64,000 nucleotides of DNA from Geosiphon pyriformis uo1 (taxonomy: Eukaryota > Fungi > Glomeromycota). Where the stretch lies: contig JAAOMT010000129.1 of the NCBI GenBank assembly GCA_016748015.1, positions 867,914 through 931,913 on the forward strand. Direction: 5' to 3'. The stretch's first letter is position 1. The number at the start of each line of letters is the position of its first letter. Below the pieces are notes generated by a model that was not told the origin of the DNA, ran no database searches, and saw only the letters and a list, made by a program, of their open reading frames with translations. The translations under genes were made by a program, and so were the position numbers. Shown here in pieces: positions 13,146 to 25,599 of this stretch.

Positions 13146-14279
13146 ATATTAAAAGCATTTTTAATATAAATATTAATAGTATTTTAAATATATTTTGTAA
13201 AATAACAATAGCAAAAAAAAACAAACTTAAAAACCACCAAAAATTTAATAATTTGATAATAAAAAAATAATTAAAATTAATAAATTCAACTTAAAAAGCA
13301 GTATTTAAAAAAATTTTAAACTTTATATAAAACAGTTTTATATTATTTTTAAATATAAACTTTGTATTAATAAAGTTATATACAGACTAAAAATCAGTTT
13401 TAATAAAGTTAACTTAATTATTAAAAAATTAAATTTGGTTTTTATTTAAATAATTTAATCTTTAAAATTATAAAAACTTTTATCTTTTATTTATTTCAAA
13501 TTTTTAAAAAAGCAATGTTTTAAAAAGAAGTTTTTTGTCTTTATTTTTTATTTAATATACGCTCTTAATTTAATATTTTTAAACCATTTATATTTGACAA
13601 TGAGATTATTAGTAATATTATAAATAGAAAAAAGACAATTAAGAATGTTAATGCAAACTTAAGCAAAAGTAGTATATTATTAAGAAAAAAATGTAAAAAC
13701 AATGGTTTGATTAATAATAGTAGTAACTTTAAATCTATAGTTTCTTAAGAAAAATTTATGGATAATAAAAGTGAAAAATTAGAAATAGACAATACAACTA
13801 AATCAGAAAGTATAAACATAAAAAGTAAGTATATATTAGAAAAAACCAGTATAGACTAAGACAATAAAAATAAAGCTAATAAGAAAGATATAGACATAAT
13901 TCTTAAAAACAAAAAAGTAATTACTAAGTTAATAAAAACAAAGAAAATAGGAAAAATAACCTACTTATTTTGTCTTTTTTTTTAAGTGCTTGGTTTAGGT
14001 GTTTATTAGAAAATTATTTATTATAAATCTAAATTTGAATATGGTTAAGAGAAACTTAATTCAAGAAAAATTAAGATTGTTAAGAAATTATTTTTAAAAA
14101 TCAATAATTTTAAAAAAGTGTCTACTTCTTTAAAGTTTGTTGAAATTATTAAGATAATATTTACTTTCAAATTAAGCTTGGTATTAGCTTTAGATAAGAC
14201 TAAGAGTGCAAAAATTTTAGTAAATACTAATTTCAAAAAATTTGCTGAATAATTAGATTGAATTTGAACAATCAAAGTT

Positions 14280-16623
14280 TAGACTTTTGGACTATTTGAA
14301 ATTATGTTTTAATTATTTTTTTTTCTAATTACTGTTTTTTTTTTTTAGATCAATGTCTGCCCAATTATTGGTAGATCTGAAATTTGGTTAAAATAATAGT
14401 GATTAAAGTTTTAATAGTATTATTAGTTGTAATTTAAATTCTTTGAAAAAATTACTATAGATTCCTAATAGTTTGGTTTTTTTTTGATTGTTTTGAAATG
14501 ATACTTATTGTTACAGATGATTATTTAAAGGTGTTGGAACAAATAACAAATCTGTAACTTGGTATTTAATAACTGAAAATATTAGTAATGTCTAAAGATT
14601 TTAGAGTTTTTTGTATAATAGACAAAAATTTAATTGATGGTTTTTTCTGTGAATTTTTTTCTTCAATATGATAGCCAGTATATTTTGGCAGTTATATCTT
14701 TCTAATAAGCTATTCTTAAATTTCTACTCTTGTTTTTAAGTCTTTTATCAGACTATTTTTAACATCAAATACTTAGTACTTAATTCTTTTAATCAATTAA
14801 TAAACAACAAAAAATAAAAAAATAAAAATAAAAAAAAAATAAAAAAAAATAACAAAAAAAAAATAAGAAATTAATATCCTGTTAATAGCTGTGATCAAAA
14901 GCTATTGGTTTAATGTAATTAAGTATTAGATTTATTAACATAGAATATTAATAGTATAAAAGTAATTAATATTGCTTTAATCAAATAATGATAGCATAAA
15001 TTAGATAATAATTAGATATTTTATTGATATTAATGTAATTTCACTTTAAATTATAAAAAACTATCTTTTGAAGAGACAAATAAAGGTAAATAGTTATTGC
15101 TAACTACTGTTTTATTTAAGTTGAATGAATATTTTTCTGTTTCTAATACTTTTGCTATATATATATAATTTGTGTTATACAAAATTTTTTTGAATTCTGT
15201 AATTTCTTAAGAAAAATTTTAAAATTTTGGAATGTTGTAATTTCTTGAAAAAAATACTGAAATTTTTTCTTTTACTATGCCTATTTTTAATTGGCTATTT
15301 TATCTATTATTATAATTCCTAATTTTATGAATAATATTGTACTAATAGTGTTTTTGCCATGAACACAACTGTTAATGTTATTTGAATAATGCTTTTAGGC
15401 ATATAGTATAATAAATAAATAGGTAAAACAAATTTTGATTTCTTCTAGATAAGCAGTTGTATTTTTTTTGGTGTTTTTGTTAAAATTTATAACTTTTCTT
15501 TTTCTTTGTCTATAAAAATAATAGAAAATTTCTGTTAAGTATAATTTTTAATTTATCTCTGTAATTAGTGATGTAAATAAATAATTTTGTAGAAGCATAA
15601 TACTTTGAAGTAATTTACTGTAAAAATTTTTGAGAGCAGTTTCTGAATTTTTTTGGTCTCCCAAGTAGAATATAATTTTTTTGTTAACATAAAAGTTGAA
15701 AACTAATTCTGTTGACCAATGATTACTTATAAATTCAAGATAAATTTGATAATATTAGAATAAATCTTTTATGAATTCCAAATAGTTTGTTCTTATTACT
15801 TTTAATTTTGTTACTGTTTTAGATAATAGATGTTGGTAGTAGTTTTTTGTTAAATTATACTTCACAAAAAGCACCAAATATTACAGATAATTATTTGAAG
15901 TATTAGAACAAATAACAAACTCATAACTTAATACTTAATAGCTGATTAAGATAATAATTTCTAAAGGTTTAGGAGTTTAAAGATTTTGATTGAGTTTTTT
16001 ATATAATGAACAGAAATTTAATTAATGGTTTTCTTCAATTTTTGTTTCTGGCAGTTATGTCTTTTTGATAAGCTATCTTTAAGTTTTTTTTACTCTTATT
16101 TTAAAATTTTTTACCAAACTATTCTTGATATTAATTATTTAATGCTTAATTTCTTAGTTAATTAATTAACAACAACAAAAATAAAAATATAAAAAAATAT
16201 GAAAAAAATATATAAAATTAGTATTTCATTAATAGCTATAATTAAGAGTTATTGTTTTAGTATAATTAAATATTGACTTCTATTAACATAGATTGTTAAT
16301 AATATAAGCAATTAATATTTCTTAATCAAACAATAACAATATAAGTTGAATAATAATAGATATGTTTATTAATATAAGTATAATTCTATTTTAAGTTATA
16401 GAAAATTATCTTTTAAAAGAAGGAGTATTAGATAATTACTTATCTTTAACTTTGTTCTGAATTGTTTTTTTTCTGTTTTTAATACTCTTGCTATATATAT
16501 ATAATTTGTGTTATACAAAATTTCTTGAAATTTCAATTTTTTTAAAAAAAATTCTTTTTTTACTATGCTTCTTTTTTATTGGCTATTTTTCTATTATTAT
16601 AATTCCTATTACTATAAGTAATA
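14280..16623 (-). mobile_element. Truncated LTR retrotransposon of LTR family B: 5' LTR 15879-16623, putative PBS, start of internal ORF
   Basis: LTR homologous to 14509-15336 and to 63905-64000; PBS-like TTTGGTGCTTTTTGTGAA (minus strand, 15861-15878) directly after the LTR. Confidence 0.75.
14509..15336 (-). repeat. Solo LTR-B nested within the internal region of its own family
   Basis: Direct repeat of 15879-16623; termini TGTTACAGA...GAATAATA; flanks TTAT/TTGT (4-bp TSD with one transition). Confidence 0.75.
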
Positions 16624-19600
16624 TTAAGAAACAGATTGATAAATTAATAAAAAGATTAAATACACTTGAACTAACAGTTTTTTAGTCATGTCTTGAATGT
16701 CAATTATTAATAACTTTTTTATTGCAAGATTAAAAAGCAAATATAATAATAAGTGAGAATTTAAGTATAATTACTAATAATAAAACTATGATAATAAAAA
16801 TTTTTTTATTATTTATAAATATTATTAAATTAGAAGTGAACATAAATAATTTGTTAAAAATAATTATAGATCTGTTAACCAAAGTAGAAAATATTGGTTT
16901 GAGTTTAAGCAACTATTTTTTTCAATAACTAATTTGGTTTAAAAAATAATTACATATAATAATAAAGAAATTAATATTCCTGTCAAACAAAAAAATATTA
17001 TTTGTTAACATATAAATTTAAATAGCATGATTTTTATTATTACAAAAACAAAACTAAAATTTAATATTAAGCCATAAATTATAAATAAGTTTAATAAGAT
17101 ATAAATTTTTATATTTGGCTTAAATAAAAATTTTTGGTACTAGAATAGTTATTATTATAAATAATTTTCTGGCTTGATATGTTTTAAAAGTGAAAAAAAT
17201 TTCAGATTAATTGATTTCAGTGTGTTTTTTGTTTAAAAACAAACTGTTGATTACAGTTTTGGGTTTATATACTAGTGTTTTTTTAGAAATTAAATTCAGA
17301 CAAACTTTAAAAATCAATTTTTTTATTGCCAAAACAATTAATTTTAGTATTTTTGTGGTCTTGGGTGAAGATTTTAATAAGAATAAATTTAAAAAAAGTG
17401 TAAATTTCAAGTTTTGTTTGAATTTAAGTTTGGTTTATGCTTTTAATAAACATTTTTTAATTAAAACTTCTACTTGGAACAATTTTAGAGGTGTTAAAAA
17501 AGCTATAAATTATATTTTTGTAAATAAAAATCTGTTATCTGTAATTGTAAGTTATAAGATTAATATGATATTTGACTTTTTTAATACTAATTACAAAACA
17601 GTTTCTGTTTTAGTTAATTTGAATAAATTTTTAAATGTTTACTTTAATAATGTTTATAAACAGACCAATAATAATCAATAAAAATTAAAAATTAAAAATA
17701 TTAATAAAACTAAGTAATTATAATTTAAAAAGTGTTTTTTAGCCAGATTTTTAAAAAAGACAGCTAAATTTAGTAAGACAAAGAATAACAATGATTTGAA
17801 TATAATATAAAAATTTTTAAAAAAGTTAGTAATAAGTTTTGTTAATAAAGTGTTTTTTGACATTGGTTCAATAAGTTTGTATGCTCAAAAAATAAACAAT
17901 TATTAAAGTTTTTTAAACTAAAACTATTAATAATTAGAATTATAAAAAGTTTGAATACAAATCAAATTTCTATAATTGATTATCTTATTAAAACATAGTC
18001 TGTTATTAATAAAAAGAAAGCCTTTAAAGTTGGTATTATAATTAATAGTAGTAAAAGATTAATAAATATTGTAAATTATTTGTTAAAAATTAAAAAAAAG
18101 TATTATAGATTTAAGTATTATAAGTTTAAGATTGCCAGAAATAATTTCATTAGAAAAACAATTAATTAATACATAGAAAATTTCTGTTTTAATAAAAACT
18201 ATATAATTAGAAGTATCTTAAAATAATTATTTTAGAAAGTAATACTTAACTATCTTATAGTAAATAATAAACTGGTTTTGGAGTTTTATAAAATCAAGTC
18301 CATGATTAATGTAATTATAAAAAAATAAATAAGAAAGTATATAGTATCTAGTATTTTATTTAATTAATAGTTTAATTAGTATGCTTTTTTGGATTATATT
18401 AATAATAATGTATTTTTAAAGATAATAAATAATATTAAGTTTAATAAATTATTGCAGATAATTAAGAAATTGTCTAATAGAAAAACTGCTGATCTTTTTG
18501 GTATTTTTAATAAACTTTAGAAACATAGTAATATTCAAATTTTGAAAAATTTGCTAAATATTTTCAATCTGTATTTGGTATCAAGTATAATTTCTATTTA
18601 ATAAAAAAAGATCTGAATTTTTATGATATCAAAACTGTATAATTGAAAAGAAACTTTGATTAAAATTAGACTTATAGTCTTAATTAAAACAATATAAAAA
18701 ATTTTGTTTAAGCTTTTTTTTAATAGAATCTTTTTGGTTTATAGTAGATTTAATGTTTTATATAATAACAATTTTTTAGTTTTAAAAAACATGTCCATAC
18801 AAATTTAAATTTTTACTATTGATTTAGTGGTTAAAAATACTTTAAAAAAAGACAAAAAGCTGTAACTAGTTTTTCATAATATATATAAAGTATATAATAC
18901 TGTAAAATAGTATTATTTGCATATTTGTTTGGCTAAAATCAAAATGTGCACATGTTTTATTAGGTTTTTAAAAATATATACAAAGATAAAATTAATTAGG
19001 TTATAACAGATTTTAAACTTATAGATAGTTATACTGTTTATAATAACCTAAATCAAAAAAAGATTTTTTGTCACTGCTGTGAAAAATTTTCTATAATCTT
19101 TTGCTTTATAAAATTAAGAAACATACAATTTGTATAACTATAAACTGAATTTAAAGTTTTTTACAAAGACTAGTAAACAGAATTTTAAAAATGATAAGAT
19201 GTTTTTTTTGGCAATTAAAATTTTTGTGAATAACACAATCTGAGTAGAAAATAGTATAGTAACAATTCAATATATTTTGGATATTGTCAATAAATTTTTT
19301 TAAATTAATAATATTTCTATTAATATAAACAAAACAGTTGTTATATCTATTAATTAAAGAGCAAAAACTTTTTTTTGTTAATAAATAAATCAAGTATTTC
19401 AGTGGCAAAAAAAAACAAATTTCATAAATACTTAGATATTTTTTTGTTTACAAATGGTTTTTTCAAGTTTAGTCTAATCAAAACTTACTAAGACATAAAA
19501 TTTTTAATAAATCTGGTTTTAAGAAAAGCTATTTTAGATAAGCAATTTTTGTATTTAATATTAGTAGTTTTTTAGTTTATAATTAGATACAAAATACAAT

Positions 19601-19635
19601 TTAGTTATGTATTAATAAGTATGTATAAAAAATAA

Positions 19636-20215
19636 GTGTTTAGTTTAGTAGAGTTTTATATTAAAATTAAGCTTGTTGTTATTTTGTATTTTGCAAATGC
19701 TTTTTTTGTATATATTTGATAATATTATTTGTACTGCTTTGTATAAAAGTTTTGTGTTTAAGGATTGGTTTTTGAAAACTATATTTGTTTTTAGTTGTGC
19801 TAAAATTGTGAATAAAAAAATTATTAACTTTGTACAGAATTTGAGAATGACTTATTATATTAATATATAACTGGTAAGATCTAAATATTGGATAATTATA
19901 GAAAAAAAAATCTAATTATACATAACAATTCTATGCTTATAATCTGTTATTTTTGCTCTCTAATAATGTTGTTAGATTGTTTAAGATTACAAAAACACAT
20001 GATATTAGTTTTAATTTATATAAGCTATGTACTTTTTTTTAAGTATTGATTATACAATTTGTGTTATAATAAATATATAGTATAATTTTATTTGGCCCAA
20101 ATAGCTAGTTACATATAGAAAATACATAATTCATATTTAGTTTAAATTACTTAGTTTAATATATTGTGTTAAGTAATATTTGGGTCTTATTCATAAAATA
20201 ATAATAATAAAAAAG
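19636..20215 (+). mobile_element. 5'-truncated LINE 3' fragment inserted into LINE E
   Basis: ORF2 C-terminal remnant CTALYKSFVFKDW, stop 20078-20080, conserved tail, A-rich end; host reading resumes after it at the same thumb-region position; AAAAATAA on both sides. Confidence 0.65.
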
Positions 20216-21330
20216 TAAAAATAAAACAAATTGTTAAAAAAAAACCTAAATTTAAGACCAATTTACCTAAAAACTTTTTTAATAAAGTAATTTTTTATTT
20301 TAAATTATATAGTTTTAAGATGTTTGAATAATTAGAAGCCAAAAATTTGTTGACTAATTTAATTGTCTTTGTCAATTTGAAAAAATTTTTTAGTAATTTG
20401 TTTAAATATAAGGTTATAAATTTGTAGACTGCTAACTAAATACCTCAGCACTTTTTTAATTTTTTGGTTAAGCTGTTAATTAATTTTATGAATTGTTTTC
20501 TGGTAGATGCAATTGGTATTTTGGTATTATGCTGTCTGTTTTTAAGCAATAATCTGCTTAATGTTTTTTAAGTTGATAATAATATTATTGTTATTAATAT
20601 TTTGGGTCTAAAATAATATATTGGTATGGTAAATATTTTAAAAAAATTTAGCATTATTTTTGTAAGCCAACTTTTAGACTGTTATAATATATGTTTTACA
20701 TAGAATATGTTTTACAAATAAAAAAAACTGGATTATAAAGACCCAGTTTTTAATTAGTTAAGTTTATTTGTCAAGTTTATTGAAAATAATAATTTAATTA
20801 GTTTTGGTGGCTTGACTTCTTATTTTGTTTCTTCTGGCTATATGTATAATTTTGGCTTTATTAATAAATATTTGCTAAAATCTGGTGTTATCAATAAAAT
20901 TTAAGTTATTAAATAACATAAAATTACTTTTATAATTCTTATTGTTAATTAACATATATTAATATTATTTTAATTATTACTTATTATTTAATTAAAACTA
21001 TCAAATATTATGATTTAATTAATAACCTGATTTGTATAATAGAAATTAAAATAATTAGATTACACAATATTTTGAACTATATAATATTCAAAAATTTATT
21101 AAAATTTATAGAAATTTGCCAAAATAATAAATAATGTACTAAAATAGTTTATAATTTATAAAAATAACTTGTAGTTTGTCAAAATGTATTTTTAGTTCAT
21201 TAAAATTATAACAAAAAAAAAGTTCAAGTTTATAGACTAGTACTATAACAAGTTGTATAAAAAAAGAGCTTTTCTTTTTAAAAAAATGTATTAATCTCAA
21301 AATTATATCTTAAAATACAAATAATTTTAA

Positions 21331-23635
21331 CTCTTTGTCTCCTTAATTTTATGACCACGACCAGAGCAAAGATTAAAAAAGCTGCACCTGATATTTGTCC
21401 TGAGATATCTAATAAAATTTCAACCAGAGAAGCTTTCTTTGTTGTAAAAGCAACTAGACAGAACGTTTTAGAAGCCTTTCTCTTATCCAGTAATCGTGAT
21501 AAGCTGTCTTTAATAACCACTAAAGCAACTTCCTCATCTTTGGCTGGTTTCTCACTAGTTAAAATTCCTTTAAAGAGACATATTTGGGTTAGTCCCAGTG
21601 TTGCCTCCACTTCAACTAAGAGCCCAAAAGTTTTTAATAATAGACCAGTAAATAAGCTGGTCTTTCCTTCTATAGATTCAACATCTGATGCTTCTAACAC
21701 CATCTCTTCAAAAAAAATGGTCAAAAAGACCAAAAATTCAAAAAAGTGGAAGCAGTTGCTTGCCTCTGCTATTGTTATACCAAACCCCTTTGTAGTTTCC
21801 AATGAGATCTTAGATGAGATCTTCACAGCATTATCAAGCACATTGTCCAAGATGGGCCAAGATCAACTACTGGCTGTGTTGCCAAATATGGTGTTTTTTA
21901 GTAGATCATTGCCAGTTTTAGAAGCAAAACAATCTTCTTCTATTGGATCACCTTTTCTTGGGAACTGGGCTAATCAAATGAAAACTGAATTATCTCCTCT
22001 TCTAGTTTCTGGTGCTGCTTCTGGTGGTGCTTGGGAAACTATTACTAGTTATCAAAGGTTTGCTGGATGGGTGGCCTCCACTCTGGTGTCTGGTGTTACT
22101 TTTAAGATCAAATTGGCTTATGTTAAGACTGTTTTTCAGTCAGTACATGGTTTCTTGGATGCAAAGTCAGTATCAAAAGACAATGTGAAGCTGTTTTGTA
22201 TGGAGTTTGCTTCTCAAGTGTCTTTGGAAGCTGCATTCTTGGTTGAGTTTACAAGCTCTGTACATTTGTCCACCTTCAAAATTGCCAAGTCTTTGGTAAT
22301 TTCTGAGTCTAGTTCCCCTTTTGCTGCTGTTGCACTGCATGATGTGCTCTTGGATGTGTCTGCTGCTAACATTAAAACAGCTTTCAGTGTGTTTGGTAGT
22401 ATTACTTGTGTTATGTTGAAGCCTGCTGGCATTTGGCAGTATGTGGTAATTTATTTTGAAAAGTTGGACTTTGCTGTGTTTGCTTTGAATTATTGGTCAG
22501 TTTTGGTGGACAAGGATAGTGTTAGAATCTTTCCTCTAATGAATCAAAATAAGACTATTTTGTCTCATGATAAGTTTAAGGCTAAGTTAGTCAATCTCCC
22601 TTCTGGTTGTACTGTCTTTGAGATTAGTAATATGATCTTTTAGGTTGGTGGCTAGACATGTTTTATTCCTTGTTCACCTAATTCTGGTCATCATTCCCAG
22701 TTTGCTCTGGTTACATTTGGTTCTCAAGTTGATTTGAACTCTGCAGTCATCAAAACTGGTACTCTAAGAAAATGCCATATTTGGTAGAAAATCCTTGGTT
22801 GTCAGCAATGCTTCAGGTGTCAAGAAGTAGGCCATTTGGCTGTTGACTGCAAAGTTTCTTCGCCTCCCCCTTCTAAGACTCCTAAGGTGTTTAATACACA
22901 TTTTGTAAGTGGTGTTTCTTATGTAAAAGTTTCTGCTTCTCTGAATTCTTCTAAGTTTCTTTTTCTGACAGCTCTTGTTTTCTTTTTTATGGTTATTGGT
23001 AATTCTTTGGTGTCTTTCCAATTGGCTTCTTTGGAATCTGATTTGGTCAAGCTTTCTGTTTTGGTTGAGTCTATTGTTAAACCAGTTGGTTCTTTGGTTA
23101 AATTGTTTGAGCAGTTTATTAATGGGGATTTGGTTTCAAGCAGTAAACTTGGCCTTAAGGTCAATGAAGTTATGGTGCATATGGGTTCTTTTAGTAAAAT
23201 TGTTGGTAAGTTGGAGAGAAAAGTGATTTCTTTAAAAAAAAAATGCTGCATGGAGGATATTAATATGTCTGGTGATTTAGAGCACCCAGTTGGTTTGGAT
23301 GATAAAGTGTTTTCTAACTTGATGTCCTTTTGGAAACATGAGCCTATTGATGTTAAAGCTAATGCCTTGAAAACAGCTGAATGACTAGTTGGATTGGTTC
23401 CTTATAATGCAACTTTGTTTCTTGTTGTCCAAAAGATGTCGTCTTTGGGTAAGTTTTTTTCTAGTGTTTCAACGTAGTATAGCCTGAACTGGCTTGAGTA
23501 GCTGGTTATATGTAGAAAATGCATGAACCACATTTAATTTAAGACTTTATGTGGTTATATTGTATTAGATAGTAGTTGAGTCTTGCTTGTTAAACTTTAA
23601 TAAAAAATAAAAAATAAAAATAAAAATAAAAATTA
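21331..23635 (+). mobile_element. Full-length ORF1-only (HAL1-like) non-autonomous retroposon
   Basis: Pyrimidine-rich 5' end, single long frame, conserved LINE-type 3' tail 23478-23600, (TAAAAA)n end; no APE or RT sequence. Confidence 0.88.
21351..23477 (+). pseudogene. ORF1-like protein, 708 codons: low-complexity N-terminus, RRM-like repeats, CCHC zinc knuckle, long coiled coil
   Basis: No frameshift from ATG 21351 to TAG 23475; four in-frame stops (22641, 22653, 22785, 23382) explicable as CAG/TGG transitions; CFRCQEVGHLAVDC; RRM-like IKTAFSVFGSITCV matches LINE ORF1 VESVFSKFGKIVSI. Confidence 0.85.
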
Positions 23636-25599
23636 AACACTTGAAAAAACATAAATTTATTTATACTGAATTCCAATTAATGTTTTAAAATTAATTAGCT
23701 ATTAATTTTAGTAAATTGTTAATGATTTTAAGTCTAACAGAAAACAATTTCCTTAACAAAATATTTTTTTTTTTACATTTCTTTTATTTTTATTTTTTTT
23801 TCTTATTATTATTATTATTATTAAGGTAGTCTACAAATAAAATTCTTATAGAAGAGTTAAATTTTACAGCAAAATAATTACATATTTTTAGTAAGCTTTT
23901 AAATAAATATTTTTTGGAAAAGAATTGACTTTTCTATAAAATAACTATATAAAATAACTATATAAAGTAACTAATACAGAATTGGCCATTTTACTTATAA
24001 GTCCAGTAATTCAAATTATAAGAAATAATTTAAAAATAAATTCAGTTATTAGAGATTTACTAGCTTTTAATAATCATAAATTAACAACAAACTAACATTA
24101 ACAACATTCAAAAAAAGAAACCCAAAAATCTTTAATAATATTAGATTGAATAATATAATTATTTACATAGATAGTTCTGTCAAGAGTTAAAATCTGTGGG
24201 TGCTTGTAATAATGCTGCTGCCTACTTTTTAAATGTTAATATAAATATTAATATTAAGATGCAAAGCTTGCTTTCTTTAAATTTAGTATAACTGTAGACT
24301 ATCATTTTTGTTTTGAAATATATACTAGTACTTAATTTAATTATATTGTTTACAAATAGTCAAACATTATTGGATATGTATATATCTAATAAATAAAATG
24401 TTTATTCTGAATTTTATGACAAATTCTAAATAAAAAAGAAACAAATTTGTTAAATTTTTATAACAAAAAATCTGTTAGTTGTTTAAAAAAAGATCAAAGA
24501 TTATTTTAGAGTTGTTAGTAATAAACACACTGATTTTTTTGCCAATACTGTTACTATATTTAATTATAAATTGTTTATTCAGATATTTTATTGTTTTTTT
24601 AGCATTAAAAACAAACTTATCTTTAGAAATGCTTGGTATTTTATAAGATATTTGTATAAAGTTATTAATTTTATTAATTAAGAATCCAAATGTATTAATA
24701 ATATTGTAAATGCAACTTTTTATGAACTTTTTGATATATATAAAACTTTTAATATGTGATACTTAAATATTTAATTTTGTTTTAGCTTTATTAGTTTTTT
24801 ATTTATAATATTTTGGTTTTATTTTATAAAAGCTCTGTATTATTGCTTGTTTATAGCCAAAAGAAAAAGATTATACTATTTAAGTTATTCTGGTATATTG
24901 TATATTTAGTATAAATTAGTTGAAAATTTTGATTATATGTTTTTATGTGCTCATAATAATCATATTAAAAAAAAATTAATTTTAAACACTATTTAAAAAT
25001 GGGCTGGTTTATTAAATGTTTTTGTTGTTAATAGTATAGTAGTTATTTTTTTATAAAATTAATTTTTTTAATTATTTATATATATTACTGGCTAAGAAAT
25101 TTGTGATAAAAAAATGAGTAGCCAATATAATATGTTTATTAAACATCAAATCTAATGATTGTTAAATTAATACAAAAGTTTGCTAAGAGTTATAAATTTG
25201 TTATATGATTACTAACTATTAAGCTAAGAATGTATTATAAAAAACATAGTCTTTTGTCACATAATAGATTTCTTGTTTTGTCTGTTTCTGGTTTATTATC
25301 TTTGTAATCTCTTAAAATAGTTTATAATTTTGGTGTTAAATTAAATATATTTATTTATTTTAGATTATATTCTAATATATTTAATATGTATTTTGGTTTT
25401 TTGCAAAACTTTTCCATAGTAAATAGTTTAAGTATATAGTACTGTTTTAATTGGTTCAAGTGGCTGATTATATGTAAAAAAAGCATAAATTATACTTAAT
25501 TTAGAATTTTATATAATTATATTTTTTTAAGTAATAGTTGAACTATATTTGTAAAATATAATAAAAAAAATTCACAAAAATTAACATATTCGATAAAAA

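Larger units (their letters stand above)
10005..13440 (-). mobile_element. Ancient, heavily decayed internal fragment of an ORF1-only (HAL1-like) element, split by a solo LTR-A
   Basis: Reverse complements of 13146-13440 and 10005-10180 align by eye with 11110-11400 and 11480-11650 of the younger copy (e.g. tttttagtctgtatata vs ttttttagtctgtacata; aaatttttggtggtttttaagt vs aagtttttggtggtttctaagt). Confidence 0.65.
20886..24140 (+). repeat. Solo LTR-A (decayed), interrupted by a full-length ORF1-only element
   Basis: TGTTA at 20886, TAATA (decayed TAACA) at 24136-24140; shares blocks such as ACAAGTTGTATAAAAAAAGAGCTTTT with LTR 4831-5843; flanks CTGG/TTAG compatible with a deaminated 4-bp TSD. 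Confidence 0.85.
13480..25570 (+). mobile_element. Old LINE copy E (decayed), host of three nested insertions
   Basis: ORF1 remnant 13600-14280 and 16624-16930; ORF2 remnant from ~16925 (APE GEDFN) through RT, resuming at ~20225 and again at 24141 (RNase H I.TDSS), 3' tail 25440-25570. Confidence 0.75.

Noticed and set aside
21351-23477. Stop-codon readthrough or alternative genetic code explaining the in-frame stops
   Set aside because: Stops of all three types occur in the TE copies at different positions and match C>T/G>A decay; host genes use the standard code
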